Shown piece by piece: positions 11,101 through 20,510 of a DNA stretch of 64,000 bases; position 1 is the first letter of the stretch, and each line of letters starts with the position of its first letter. The notes beneath the pieces are model-generated. The model did no database searches. It was not told where the DNA came from and saw only the letters and a program-made list of their open reading frames with translations. Location: assembly GCF_000738915.1 (NCBI RefSeq), contig NW_026515634.1:413156-477155 (forward strand), written 5' to 3'. The position numbers were made by a program, and so were the translations under genes. Source of the DNA: Nematocida ausubeli. Lineage: Eukaryota.

Positions 11101-11904
11101 CTCCTCCAGGCTTTTTTCCTCTATTCCAAGCATTTCAAACGACCAGAACTCATTGAAGCGCACCCCAAGCATCTCCCACTGCGTGTAAAAGAGCGCTCCG
11201 CACGCGCCCAGCACCATAAATGCCATCTCATGTGTTGCAACCAGCAAATAGCAGCCGTGCGGAACCGAGTCCACCTCAAAAAAGAAAGACAGCTCGTACT
11301 CTTCATTCAGAATGTACACAAGAATTCTTGACCTGGCAGCCGCCGTGTCCTCAAACAAAAAGCATAGAGTGGGGGAGGAGTAGCCCTTCAGAAACGTGGC
11401 ATCTTTTATTGCGCAGTGCCTTGGCCGAATATCCTGCATTTCAAACACCTTGCTGCGGCCCACCGACTTCGAGGAAAATATTGCAAAGTGCGTGTTTGAT
11501 ATTTGCAGAAAAGACACCCCATGGTCTGCATCCACCCGAATAAAAGACGTGTTCTTTTCAGAGCCCGAGACAAACCCATACTGCTGCTTCTCATAGAACC
11601 GCAGGGTCCGGCAAATAAACTCATTTTGATCAGCAATGAAAATAACAGACGACACGCGCGCGTACTCAAAGTGCACTAAAACGGAGTCAACCTCGTCCCC
11701 AAGCGAAGGAACTGTGGCCAGCCCAAGAATGCACCCAAAAACTCTTTTTTCTTTTACTTTAACAAGAGCCCCGTCTCTTATTTCATAGAGCACTATCCTG
11801 TCGCACCCCGCTGAAATAATGCACTCTTTGTTTCTAATGAACTGGCCCATTGCTACGTGCTGATTCGCACTTCCCAAGTATCTCTCCTGCAAAAGATGGT
11901 TCAT
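8131..11904 (-). CDS. CFT1: Cleavage and polyadenylation specificity factor subunit 1 (CPSF160/Cft1)
   Basis: 1257 aa beta-propeller-type protein; C-terminal CPSF_A region (EDLMARGRLIVLEI, LRAVAFHD, IVCGDAYK, SQGGTRL). Confidence 0.88.
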   Translation of the reverse strand: MNHLLQERYLGSANQHVAMGQFIRNKECIISAGCDRIVLYEIRDGALVKVKEKRVFGCILGLATVPSLGDEVDSVLVHFEYARVSSVIFIADQNEFICRTLRFYEKQQYGFVSGSEKNTSFIRVDADHGVSFLQISNTHFAIFSSKSVGRSKVFEMQDIRPRHCAIKDATFLKGYSSPTLCFLFEDTAAARSRILVYILNEEYELSFFFEVDSVPHGCYLLVATHEMAFMVLGACGALFYTQWEMLGVRFNEFWSFEMLGIEEKSLEEQNFMVENGMCIVKDRDIFLFSDMIFLRFTILGGNARISSVIAGKMELDLCYNKPYSTAAYMNWGCVSTAEGLFLVTFEPETIVEEVQQKPASIVSAEYADLFLSDSSALDMKMSEGVEDIGEVHVQVRAKSPPRRKSAKTKTPLESPVQNASEDNSCEKSLEREYENMFKMVGEPEKKIESVRECTITNKLIIKQRILSLGEVMCIEALPVANKTYKYLAAAGSPGQPLLVVCKNGIDIWCSQTAKIRGYSDLFVVDIAEKMYLVTKDKESTIVKWDADVNLVESEVSSNRTLLFKKTDAGYLQITTHEIVCLTKELKKKKEITLPEPVTAAVYSDTEDRVIVLTETGIIYNYKGARKSKVPIEPATALAVHADDVYAIDASGSLIIYSIGKRSVRLCCRLFSVFPSVIEPGCNQIDVNAKHRQSLLDIEVIEYRSAVYLLARTISNEIVLYQERDGRLYKEKVTNNAFYYEKAEVGQSSPSRMRVCGSLVFIPGTYKTRVLVFTPYQISVHAANIRIDSIEEITEDSNPIKSFIIMAKGSIARGMLPLYAYDKPVLYKKTKVDSICQRVAYSAVKKVIVAVTYKDKEYTKDMIPFTVQATTELDAEPLPPPVIPEIKVNPLTRAYSLKIYSHEEMKQYSQTGEVLMAVDEYPLEDNEYIAHHKIVTLPDKQNTEGVSEFVIVCTTYITDEDLMARGRLIVLEIASVVPQRDRIETRHKLKALAAEKTKGATTCCDIVKGNIVVCVGTKLMIYMFDRNEGLRAVAFHDIHVFLTSCMVMRNIIVCGDAYKGTFLLFYQSEPSLLHLLSQSSGGVYLLKGIGMTLYGSVLSLLSYDSAKTVCIYSYSPQHILSQGGTRLISRGECKLPDDISGSFHMEKNGVHRTTLYTKNGYIYSHKTVDQSKYIALLDLQHAVESADWMALGTNPKSHWLTEKPAEMKEITLKDILQTGLMEEFFNMCNVKANRIAVETGRASSDAVKAELCIYRNHS

Positions 11905-11940
11905 TCAAAATAAATTTATTCACAGTATATACGCCTCTGT

Positions 11941-11979
11941 CCTGCACAGGGTCTCTTAGCGCTTTCTCACCTGTGCAGG
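11941..11979. repeat. Perfect 10-bp inverted repeat CCTGCACAGG-N19-CCTGTGCAGG
   Basis: Arms at 11941-11950 and 11970-11979. Confidence 0.8.
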
Positions 11980-11984
11980 TAGGT

Positions 11985-12057
11985 GCGAGCTTGGCGCAGT
12001 CGGTAGCGCGTTAGTCTCATAATCTAAAGGCCATGGGTTCGAATCCCATAGTTCGCA
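11985..12057 (+). tRNA. tRNA-Met(CAT), elongator type
   Basis: 73-nt cloverleaf: acceptor GCGAGCT/AGTTCGC, D-arm GCGC/GCGC, anticodon loop CTCATAA (CAT 12018-12020), T-arm ATGGG-TTCGAAT-CCCAT. G1-C72 and TTC argue against initiator. Confidence 0.96.
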
Positions 12058-12063
12058 TTTTTT
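12058..12063 (+). terminator. Pol III oligo-T terminator of tRNA-Met
   Basis: T6 run immediately after the discriminator base. Confidence 0.8.
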
Positions 12064-12098
12064 ACTCCATGAAGCGCATTTTGCACAAGCGCTCTACT

Positions 12099-13190
12099 CT
12101 ACGCTGCGCGCCTGCTATTGCACACCGGGCGCTGCGGCCTGGCCTCAATCCGGTCCTTGATGTATGTGCCTATCCGGTCCCACTTTGCTGTCTCAAACAT
12201 ATAGGACATTTTGTAGATGGCAAAAATTGAAAAGCTTAGCGAAAGAATGAGCATTACAAACACAGCAAGCCACCCGAAAACACCCAGCTGGCCTGTCCCC
12301 ATGTACGCAATCAGTGCGCCTGTTACAAACACTCCTATGCCCATTGATCCACACAAAAGCGGAGTGTGCTTGCTGCGCAGCCCTAAGACTGCAGCATACA
12401 TAGAAACAAGCATAACAGGCACGTACACAAACCTGTCCAATAGAAGCATGCCTGTCAAGGAGATTCTAAGAAGAGTCAAGACAAGTGAAAAGATGCCTGC
12501 AAGACGCCTCACTGTCTTTTTAATGATAAAGGACCATGTTGTTATTTCCATGTGCAAGCAATTTCTCATAAACTCAGCAGCAACGTGCCCTAACTCAATA
12601 ACTATTGCCCCAATGTAGAAGGCACGTCGTGACATAATCTTGTCTATATAGAGAAGACTAAATAAGGCCTGCAGCAGAATAAGGCCTGCCACTGCCCCAT
12701 AGCTAGATGCCCTGTACTTTACCTCCACAGGACACATCTTGAGAACCGTGCCCATTGCAATGAAATACACTACAAAGTGCGGCACCATTGTCAGCGCAAA
12801 AAATGGAATAATCTCAACTCCTGCAAGAAGCACCAAATATGGATAGAAAACAGTCGCCAGAATAAAAGAGTTCAGAGCAACTAATCCTAGCACCAAGGCC
12901 TTGTTTGTAAGAAGTGACTCTATGTACTGCGCGTACCTGTTGTCCACTAGAATGGGAAGAATGCTGTCGCCAAACATGTTGTACAGAAGCCGTTGCTTTC
13001 TGTTTGCAAGTATTGAGTATGCCATGTTTATCTCCTCAAACTTCCCAGTGGACTCCACGTATGCATCTGGGTGCGTTTTTTTTGCTGCCTTTTTGTACGC
13101 ATGTCTTACTTCCTCAGTGCTTGCTTTTTTCGATATTTCCAGCAAATTATAGAGGCTGTCTTTATTTGTTTGTATTTCACTTCTCTGCAT
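12099..13190 (-). CDS. DnaJ-domain multi-pass membrane protein
   Basis: N-terminal J domain (LYNLLEI...YKKAAKKTHPD...FEEINMAYSIL) followed by many hydrophobic segments. Confidence 0.9.
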   Translation of the reverse strand: MQRSEIQTNKDSLYNLLEISKKASTEEVRHAYKKAAKKTHPDAYVESTGKFEEINMAYSILANRKQRLLYNMFGDSILPILVDNRYAQYIESLLTNKALVLGLVALNSFILATVFYPYLVLLAGVEIIPFFALTMVPHFVVYFIAMGTVLKMCPVEVKYRASSYGAVAGLILLQALFSLLYIDKIMSRRAFYIGAIVIELGHVAAEFMRNCLHMEITTWSFIIKKTVRRLAGIFSLVLTLLRISLTGMLLLDRFVYVPVMLVSMYAAVLGLRSKHTPLLCGSMGIGVFVTGALIAYMGTGQLGVFGWLAVFVMLILSLSFSIFAIYKMSYMFETAKWDRIGTYIKDRIEARPQRPVCNSRRAA

Positions 13191-13268
13191 AAAAAAATCT
13201 ATTGGTCCCGCATATATTCTGCTTAATTTACTATAAACAGAGTGCTATTTAGGATAAATACAGAGCAT

Positions 13269-13420
13269 AAAAAAAGATGAGATGGAGAGCATGCAGACCG
13301 GAACGAAGTACCGCACTGTGCTGTAGGCAGTCTAAAGTGCTATAGGCCCAGTTATGCATAGATGCAGCCGAAAGGCTTTTGGAAGGGAGTTCACCCTTCT
13401 TTTGCCGCGCGCGCTCTTTT
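13269..13420. ncRNA. Candidate structured ncRNA of unknown class
   Basis: GC-rich island in an AT-rich gap with a closing stem, an AGCC-GAAA-GGCT hairpin, a GAAGGG/CCCTTC hairpin and a T7 run on the minus strand. Confidence 0.4.
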
Positions 13421-13664
13421 ATATGGATGTAGTCTATAGACTATGGCATATATTAATCAGTCTGAAATAATTTAAATTAAGCACCGCCTATTTCTAATTA
13501 AAAGTGTGCAAATATCAAGCACACTTCGTGCACATTCCAAACACACGAATACTCCATGAGTACACAGTGCACACAGAAGCTCTTTCATGCAAGTTGCAGA
13601 TTCATGCCTGCACACATTAGAATAGAGGAATATAAGAAAGTTAGATCTAAATATCTTTAATAGC

Positions 13665-14408
13665 TCACTGCGCAAGCTTTAGTATGAGAATGTATCCTGT
13701 GTGTGACCGAATTTTGTCATCTGGCACTGTGCCGTACTCTTTTGATGGGTGTGTTTGGATCATTATTGGCTTGTGCTGTATTTCAACATTCTCAAAGAGC
13801 CTTTCTACGTGCAGGCCAGACAAGAGGCTCTGCTTCTCAAGGACTCTCTGAACTTGCTCTATGCACGGCACAAAGCATGCAATTTTTCCCCCTGGATGCA
13901 AAGCAGCTGCTGCCACTTCAATAACTTCCTCTGGTTCTGGGACATCCAGGAATATGCCATCTACTTTTTCTGCCCTCTCCACCACGCACATAAGATACTC
14001 TAGCACTTTGCTGTGGTGCACTGTTACGTTAGACATTCCTGCAAGTCGCACATCCTTCTGCGCAGCTGCAAATCTTTCATCGTTGCACTCTACAGTATCT
14101 ACGTGCCCGTCCAGGAAGTAGTTGCTGAGAGCGTATGTTAGGCCAAGGGTCCCTGTGCCTGATTCCACAACTCGCGCAGTGTTCGGCAGCGCCATATGGT
14201 ACACAATAATAGATGCATCTGCCCGGTATATAATCTGTGTTCGCTGCGAGGTTGTTTTAATCCATCTGTCGCAATTTAGGTCCATTGCAATGCCTGCCTT
14301 TCCTGTCTTCCCCTTCACCCTGGGGGTGTCTGCCTCTGGTTGAGGAATTCCTTCTTTTCTGCTGGCTCTGTGCATTTTACCATTCAAGTACTCAATGTGC
14401 ATGTGCAT
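13665..14408 (-). CDS. TRM61: tRNA m1A58 methyltransferase catalytic subunit (Trm61/Gcd14)
   Basis: RTQIIY..D, VVESGTG, FLDVPEP, CFVPCIEQV and SHTGY; first ATG at 14408 (alternative 14402). Confidence 0.92.
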   Translation of the reverse strand: MHMHIEYLNGKMHRASRKEGIPQPEADTPRVKGKTGKAGIAMDLNCDRWIKTTSQRTQIIYRADASIIVYHMALPNTARVVESGTGTLGLTYALSNYFLDGHVDTVECNDERFAAAQKDVRLAGMSNVTVHHSKVLEYLMCVVERAEKVDGIFLDVPEPEEVIEVAAAALHPGGKIACFVPCIEQVQRVLEKQSLLSGLHVERLFENVEIQHKPIMIQTHPSKEYGTVPDDKIRSHTGYILILKLAQ

Positions 14409-14414
14409 TTTTTT

Positions 14415-15269
14415 ATGCAAGGGAGTGAAAAAGAGAATCTGCTTGGGATATACTACAGATCGATATTTCCTATGGATGCAATTGCAAAGTGGCTGCGGTA
14501 TATTAAGACGCGGGAGTTTTCCTTTACCCTGCAGAATGACATATACATTCGCTACATAACAGTGAATACTGCGGATGAGCTGGCTGTGCGGATGGCAGTG
14601 GATGTGCCGCAGAAGCTGGACATTGGCGGGGTGTATTTGCACAAGCCTGCTGCAGTAACCACTGAAAACATGTGCATGATCAAGGAGCTGGTTTTTGATA
14701 TTGACCTAACCGACTACACCCGGGCGTGCTGCTCTGATAAAGACATGTGCGATAAGTGCATGCCCTTAATCAAGTGCGCGGTAGAGGTGCTGGATAATAT
14801 TCTGAGAAATGTTTTTGGGTTTTGCCACATTCTTTTTGTCTTCTCTGGCGGAAGAGGGGTGCACTGCTGGGTCAGTGATGCCATAGCCATGACACTAACC
14901 GACAGAGACCGCGCAAACATAGTAGACTATATTAGCATGCTCCCAAAGAAAAACATGCCCGAGATCGAAGCCATACTTAAAAAGTATCAGGATATAATGG
15001 GGCTTAGTGAAAAGGCCTTGATTGGAGAGGTATACTCGAGGCTCTTCCCAAAGCTGGATGCCAATGTATCTAGACAAACCAAGCACTTGCTTAAGTCTCC
15101 GTTCTGCATTCACCCAAGAACAGGGCGAGTGTGCGTTCCAATTGACATCAAGGAAATAGATGCACTGAGGCTAGAAGATATACCAACAGCAAGGGATGTG
15201 GTGCGCAAAAGAGATATTCTAGATAAATATGTAAAGTACTTTCAGCAGCATGCGTCGCAGATTAAGTAG
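14415..15269 (+). CDS. PRI1: DNA primase small subunit
   Basis: REFSF, KELVFDIDLTDY, FSGGRGVHCW and HLLKSPFCIHPRTG; first ATG at 14415. Confidence 0.96.
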   Translation: MQGSEKENLLGIYYRSIFPMDAIAKWLRYIKTREFSFTLQNDIYIRYITVNTADELAVRMAVDVPQKLDIGGVYLHKPAAVTTENMCMIKELVFDIDLTDYTRACCSDKDMCDKCMPLIKCAVEVLDNILRNVFGFCHILFVFSGGRGVHCWVSDAIAMTLTDRDRANIVDYISMLPKKNMPEIEAILKKYQDIMGLSEKALIGEVYSRLFPKLDANVSRQTKHLLKSPFCIHPRTGRVCVPIDIKEIDALRLEDIPTARDVVRKRDILDKYVKYFQQHASQIK

Positions 15270-15931
15270 AGATAGAAAATATGCTCTATACAGCCTAATA
15301 TTTGGTGTCTCAATAAATAAACACATAACTGCAAATTATATTTTTGTATTTTATTCTCTGTATGGTTTTTATTTGGAGCATGAATTTAGTAATCTCATGC
15401 ACATTTTTATTCATCTGAACTGCACTCTGAGTCACAGTGTACACTATACAGATGAATGCTATGTCTTAGTGCTATATTCACAACCTAATGACTGGTGTAT
15501 TTTCTATTATTGGTTTCTTTGTATTCCCGTATACAGGATACAAGTGATTGGGTTTGATTTTAGTTGATTAATTGTTATAATCATCTGAGCTAGTTTATAT
15601 AAGCTGAAATAAGGAGAAACTATTTCATTAAACTATTTAACAAAGAAAAAGTTTATAAATAACATCTTCTAGAAAATCAACTCTTAATATGCAGCTCATT
15701 CCTTATGAACATGTATGTACATGTAAAAATATGTAAATTATTTGAAAAAGTAGTATAAAATAGCACCGCTAGCAATAATTAATAAGAGCCCTGCATATAA
15801 GGCAGAAGTAGATTTCATGCAGAATGAACATTAAGTGCATATAGATAAAACAGACAGGCCAAATAATATTTATCATATACGCTGTTAATATCTGTGAATT
15901 TATTGATAGCCAGTCTGCAGCATCAGGAAAC

Positions 15932-17560
15932 TTACATTAATGCAGTAGCAGTGCCACTTAGAACACTGGATATTATATCAAGGAGGATTGTTTTTCGGGT
16001 CATGAAGTACTGGCCTTTTCCAGAAGATTCTTTTGCTAGCTTGGCTCCACTCTGTGTGTGCCCGCTGTGCACAAAGATGTAAGCAAGCTCTAGCAAGAAT
16101 GATCCAATATGTGTTGCAGTTTGCTCGTTGGATGCTGCCTTCTCATGGATCTTCTCTACCCACTTCGGGTCACTCAGCACCTTTGCAGCAACTACTTCAA
16201 TCTCTTCTGTTATATGCAGATGTTTTTGAATTAAAGAGTACGCGCTGCTCAGCTTTGACTGAGACACAAAGTACTTAACAGCTATATATACAAGCAGAAC
16301 ATTCTGCGGGTTTGTTGCTATGGCCCGCGTGAAGCAATACTCTGCGCTGTCTTTTTTCCCTATTTTCTCGTATATCATCCCGCAGCCAGCTATTCCGCTG
16401 TAGTTTTCTGACTTGATCTTCATTGACTCAACAAAGCATTTGAGACTCTCTGCAAGATTGCTATTCATAAACTGCTCGTGCCCCATCAAGCACAGAACAT
16501 ACGGGTCCTTCCGAATCGACAGACTGCGCTCAAAGCACTCCAGCGCCTTTTCCGTCTCTTTTTTAAGACTGAAGTGGTTGCCTAGAACAGCCCACGCCAC
16601 ATTAGACGAAGAGTTTATTCCAAATATATCTCTGCCCAAAGAAGTAAGGAGGCCTTTTTCTCTGCTGTGCCACAGAATGCTTGAGTAGTAGTGCATTGTA
16701 TCGATGTAGCATGGATCCCGCACGCGTATATACTCGAAAACTGCGCCTGCCTTTTGCATGTACCCGCACTCGAATATGTGCACAGCAATGCTGGCCACGC
16801 TGTATATAGGGAGCTGGTCAAAGAACGATATGTCTGCAGTGAAAAGTGACACGCCTCCAAGGGATACGTTCTTGAGCAAGGTGCACTCCTGCATTATATT
16901 CTGGAGAACTTGCTCTGTGCTTTTTCCTCTCTCCTTCTCTATTCGCGCAATTAGCTTCTTCTCTATCATGGTGTTTTCATCCGTATTTAGCTTATCTGCG
17001 TCTTCGGGTTTTCCATTTGACCTGTTCTCGTCTCCTCTCTCTTGCTTTCGCACGGTCTTTGTGCTCTCCTCCAGCATAGGGCGGTACACTGAATAGAGCA
17101 GGCCCCCCTCGTCAGCTGACTCCATGCATCGCTTGAGGCACTCTTCTGGGTTTGCTGTTTCTGACTCTGCATCTGCAAGCAGTGCAAGCACAAATACTTT
17201 GTCCATCCTCAGCATGTACATGCTCTCCAGCTGCGTGCTGCGCCTTGCAGCCTCTGGTTTTTTTGTTTTCTCAAGCAGCTGTGTGGCCAGATGCTTCACT
17301 TGCGCATACTCCTTTAGATGGGAGTGGCACAGAGCCTGGTAGTAAAGTGATGTGTACGAGGCATCCTTTGACAAGTACTGGAGAGCTCTTCTGTGCTCTG
17401 CGCACCGCATGAATAAATACCCAAGAAGCAAGCTCATGCTCTTCATCTCTTCCTCTGGTAGGCACTCCACTATGTACACAGCATCTTTAAATCTTTCATA
17501 CTGTATGCACTTGCAAAGAATCTCTTCTACTCTTGACATAACAAAATAAAACTCTTTCAT
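15932..17560 (-). CDS. CDC27: APC/C TPR subunit Cdc27/Apc3-like
   Basis: TPR array with YSSILWH, AWAVLGNHFSL..E.EKALECFER and LMGHE. Confidence 0.8.
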   Translation of the reverse strand: MKEFYFVMSRVEEILCKCIQYERFKDAVYIVECLPEEEMKSMSLLLGYLFMRCAEHRRALQYLSKDASYTSLYYQALCHSHLKEYAQVKHLATQLLEKTKKPEAARRSTQLESMYMLRMDKVFVLALLADAESETANPEECLKRCMESADEGGLLYSVYRPMLEESTKTVRKQERGDENRSNGKPEDADKLNTDENTMIEKKLIARIEKERGKSTEQVLQNIMQECTLLKNVSLGGVSLFTADISFFDQLPIYSVASIAVHIFECGYMQKAGAVFEYIRVRDPCYIDTMHYYSSILWHSREKGLLTSLGRDIFGINSSSNVAWAVLGNHFSLKKETEKALECFERSLSIRKDPYVLCLMGHEQFMNSNLAESLKCFVESMKIKSENYSGIAGCGMIYEKIGKKDSAEYCFTRAIATNPQNVLLVYIAVKYFVSQSKLSSAYSLIQKHLHITEEIEVVAAKVLSDPKWVEKIHEKAASNEQTATHIGSFLLELAYIFVHSGHTQSGAKLAKESSGKGQYFMTRKTILLDIISSVLSGTATALM

Positions 17561-17632
17561 TCAATTTATTTGTAGATGTAAATATGGGACACTTCAATGG
17601 AGTATTTACCATTTGCTCTATAATAGCCCAAT

Positions 17633-19126
17633 CTACTTTCTTGGTGTAAGCAGCCCTTTCATGTATTCTGTTGTTTCTACCAGCATGCTTTGCACCAGAC
17701 ACTCGTCATCTATTTCTTGCACAGCCCTGTCAACAATCTCATGTATAGGGCTCTCAGAGGCATTCTCTCTGCTTTGGAGTATGTTGCTGCAGAACACTAA
17801 CACGGAGTTAGCAAGGCCAAAAAACTCTTTGTTTTTGAGCAGGTCAATAGACACTTCTGCAACTGTTGCAATTTGTTCATCTCTCAGAGACGACACAGCT
17901 ATTAATAGACGGTCAATTCTATGCAGATAGTCCATTATGCTTGTGATAAAGTCCGGGTTCCCTTGTGTTATGGCAAAGTGCAGGGCCTTTCTGTACTGAA
18001 ATGTCCACATAAGACGGCCGTACTTTCCCCTCTTTTTTTCGTCGGGCAGACTCATAGAAAGAGTCTGTGTTTCTGTTGTGTCCCGCTGGGTGTACTCCTT
18101 TATATTCTGGGGCCCGCTCTTTCTGATGACAGGCGAAGGCACTGCAGGCTCTGGCGTCCATCTGTCTCTGTACACAATAATATTCCCAGTTGATGTGGCT
18201 ATTATGTATTGCACCCCGGTTATCTGCGCAGTCTCTCCTGATGTGCTGAAGAGTGCGTTGAATGTCTGGATGGAGGAGCCCGCGTACAGCGAGGATATTT
18301 CCCGCAGGGTGTGTGTGGAGACTCTTAGACGCCCATCAAGAGACGAGGTAATTATATAGTCACCGTGCACCTCCACTTTGGTTATTCCCTTGGAGTGCAT
18401 GGTGGACCCAATTGTGATCGCCTTCTCTTCCATGGAGTAGACATACCCCGTTCCGTTACTCATCCCAATAAACAGCTGTGTCTCGCTGATAAACTGAAGA
18501 ATGCACGGCTTCTCCACGTACAAGTCGGACACTTCGTGCATTGCAATTTTCATCCTTTTTCTTCCTTCTGCTCCAGAGGCTCCTGTCTCGCTGATCGTGT
18601 ACTCGTATATGTGCAGCTCACCGCTTGCCAAGGACACTGCCATGTACTTCTCGTTTGCAGTGATGCTTTCCACATAGTCAGAGTATCCTATCTCAGTCAG
18701 CCGGCTTCCGTCGTATATGCAGTACACTATCACTCTGCACCCCTCCCCTCCAGCGCACAGAACATCGCTGGTCAAAAAAGCCAGAGCACGGAGAGGACTG
18801 CTTCCCGTGTCTATAAAGGAAAGCCGGTTTCCGTCGTAGTCAATCAAACGGATCTTGCCTTCTTTGTTGAACAGCGCAATGATTGAGTCGCGCGTTGCAA
18901 TGCGGGCGTTGCTTCCCGAGGAACGGCTGAACACCTTTTCATGCGTGTGCTCAGCATCAGTTTCAAGCGTCTTCTTGCACAAACTGTCCCGGTTTGAGTA
19001 GACAGCAGTGGTCTGGTTTGTCAATAACACTGCCTGGCAGCATGTCATGTTTTTTTCTATCTCCAGTATACTTCTTGTTTTTGGATGTTTCACTCCATAG
19101 TTCTCAACGCGAAACTCCTTTTCCAT
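17633..19126 (-). CDS. UTP15: WD40 SSU-processome protein Utp15-like
   Basis: WD40 repeats (ITSSLDGRLRV) plus C-terminal FQYRKAL...NP...L..AV..LRDE helical region; first ATG at 19126. Confidence 0.7.
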   Translation of the reverse strand: MEKEFRVENYGVKHPKTRSILEIEKNMTCCQAVLLTNQTTAVYSNRDSLCKKTLETDAEHTHEKVFSRSSGSNARIATRDSIIALFNKEGKIRLIDYDGNRLSFIDTGSSPLRALAFLTSDVLCAGGEGCRVIVYCIYDGSRLTEIGYSDYVESITANEKYMAVSLASGELHIYEYTISETGASGAEGRKRMKIAMHEVSDLYVEKPCILQFISETQLFIGMSNGTGYVYSMEEKAITIGSTMHSKGITKVEVHGDYIITSSLDGRLRVSTHTLREISSLYAGSSIQTFNALFSTSGETAQITGVQYIIATSTGNIIVYRDRWTPEPAVPSPVIRKSGPQNIKEYTQRDTTETQTLSMSLPDEKKRGKYGRLMWTFQYRKALHFAITQGNPDFITSIMDYLHRIDRLLIAVSSLRDEQIATVAEVSIDLLKNKEFFGLANSVLVFCSNILQSRENASESPIHEIVDRAVQEIDDECLVQSMLVETTEYMKGLLTPRK

Positions 19127-19668
19127 AGCTGTAAAAATTCTGCTAGTGCTAAAAACTTTTCGATCTTCCAAAACGTAATTTTCACCATACTGGTATTTAG
19201 CAGGGCTGCTTGAGAAAGTATTAGCTGGCTACTAAAAGCAGCAATGCGCTAGTATGTGACTGTATGGAAGCTGAGGTATTTTCATTTTCTATTCATTTTA
19301 TTTACACATATGTGCGAAAAGAAACCGTCTGTCTGAGTGAACTCAGTTTTCTGCACTAAGAGCGCTCACAAAAATGCAATATGTATTTATTACAGCACGA
19401 ATACATACACACATATTCATTCCCCTCTGTTCTGCATGTGTAGAATGCCTGCAGGATCTTCCAATGTGCAAGATTTCAGATCTAATGCAAAAGCCCCAAG
19501 AATTGCAGAAAAGCCCACTGTATTTTAAATGCATACTAGGCATACATATAAAGGGCTAGATACTGCAGTAGAACTAGCCTGTTTAGATATGAGAATATTT
19601 ATTTATTTATACAGGTAGAGCACTTGTTTTATTTTCAGCTATATATATGTATTAGGTTTCAGAAGAGC

Positions 19669-20109
19669 ATGTCATTTGTAATTAGAAAACTGCAAAAGGA
19701 GGACCTAAACGAGAAGTACTTCACGCTTCTATCCACCCTTACAGAAGCACCTCTTCCCAGCAAGGCAGACATAGATAAAATGTATCGGTACATGCAGAAG
19801 CACAAAGACACATACAATGTTTTTGTGGTTGTGTCTCCGGAGGGAAGTGTGGTGGGGTCAGGTACTCTGCTTGTAGAAAAAAAGTTTATTCGCGCTCTTG
19901 GGTGTGTGGGGCACATAGAGGACATAGTCATTTCAAACGAGTGCCAGGGAAAGGGCCTGGGGAAAAAGCTGATAACCTTTCTAGCAGACAAAGCAAAAAG
20001 CAGAAAGTGCTACAAAGTCATACTTGCATGCAGTGAGGAGAACCAGAAGTTCTATGAGAAGTGCGGGTTTTCCAAAAAAGAGGTTATGATGGCGCTGTAC
20101 ATGAACTAA
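19669..20109 (+). CDS. GNA1: Glucosamine-6-phosphate N-acetyltransferase
   Basis: LLVEKKFI, GHIEDIVI, QGKGLGK, CYKVILAC and FYEKCGF; first ATG at 19669. Confidence 0.96.
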   Translation: MSFVIRKLQKEDLNEKYFTLLSTLTEAPLPSKADIDKMYRYMQKHKDTYNVFVVVSPEGSVVGSGTLLVEKKFIRALGCVGHIEDIVISNECQGKGLGKKLITFLADKAKSRKCYKVILACSEENQKFYEKCGFSKKEVMMALYMN

Positions 20110-20510
20110 AGAATTCTTAGTGTTTGTTGAGTATACGAATAGATATGTAATTCTATTATGTATTTGAGAGGTAAATAAAAGAGCCTGCAGAACCCCACTA
20201 TATTTATATTATTTTTACACTACCACTTACCAGGTGCTTTATAACTTGAGCGTGTTTTTACACTATTTACAAGTATATGTCTTATAGCTGTTATTTTTGC
20301 ATTGCACACCCTGCTATGAATTTCCTAGTATTATTTTCTGCGTAACTACAATATGTGCTATCTCATGCTAATATGCCACTCTTCAACACATGTAGCACAG
20401 CTAGTATCAAGTGATGGGGATAAAAGGGCATGAAAGAATGCAGATTATGTTTCCATAATTAATAAGACCAGAAACGCCCTTATCAAAGTGATTCTAATCT
20501 CATATATTTA

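Noticed and set aside
13290..13380. SRP helix-8, hammerhead or U5-like matches in the candidate RNA
   Set aside because: CAGACCGGAACGAAGTA lacks the required stem; no CTGANGA core; the GCCTTTC loop does not match U5 GCCTTTTAC
14340..14642. Apparent ~300-bp overlap of the TRM61 and PRI1 ORFs
   Set aside because: Both extensions begin at non-ATG codons; the first ATGs (14408, 14415) give no overlap
15250..15567. Hydrophobic ORFs in intergenic DNA (also 13472-13675, 47671-47895, 48247-48444, 61345-61600)
   Set aside because: F/I/L/Y/C-rich translations typical of AT-rich non-coding sequence
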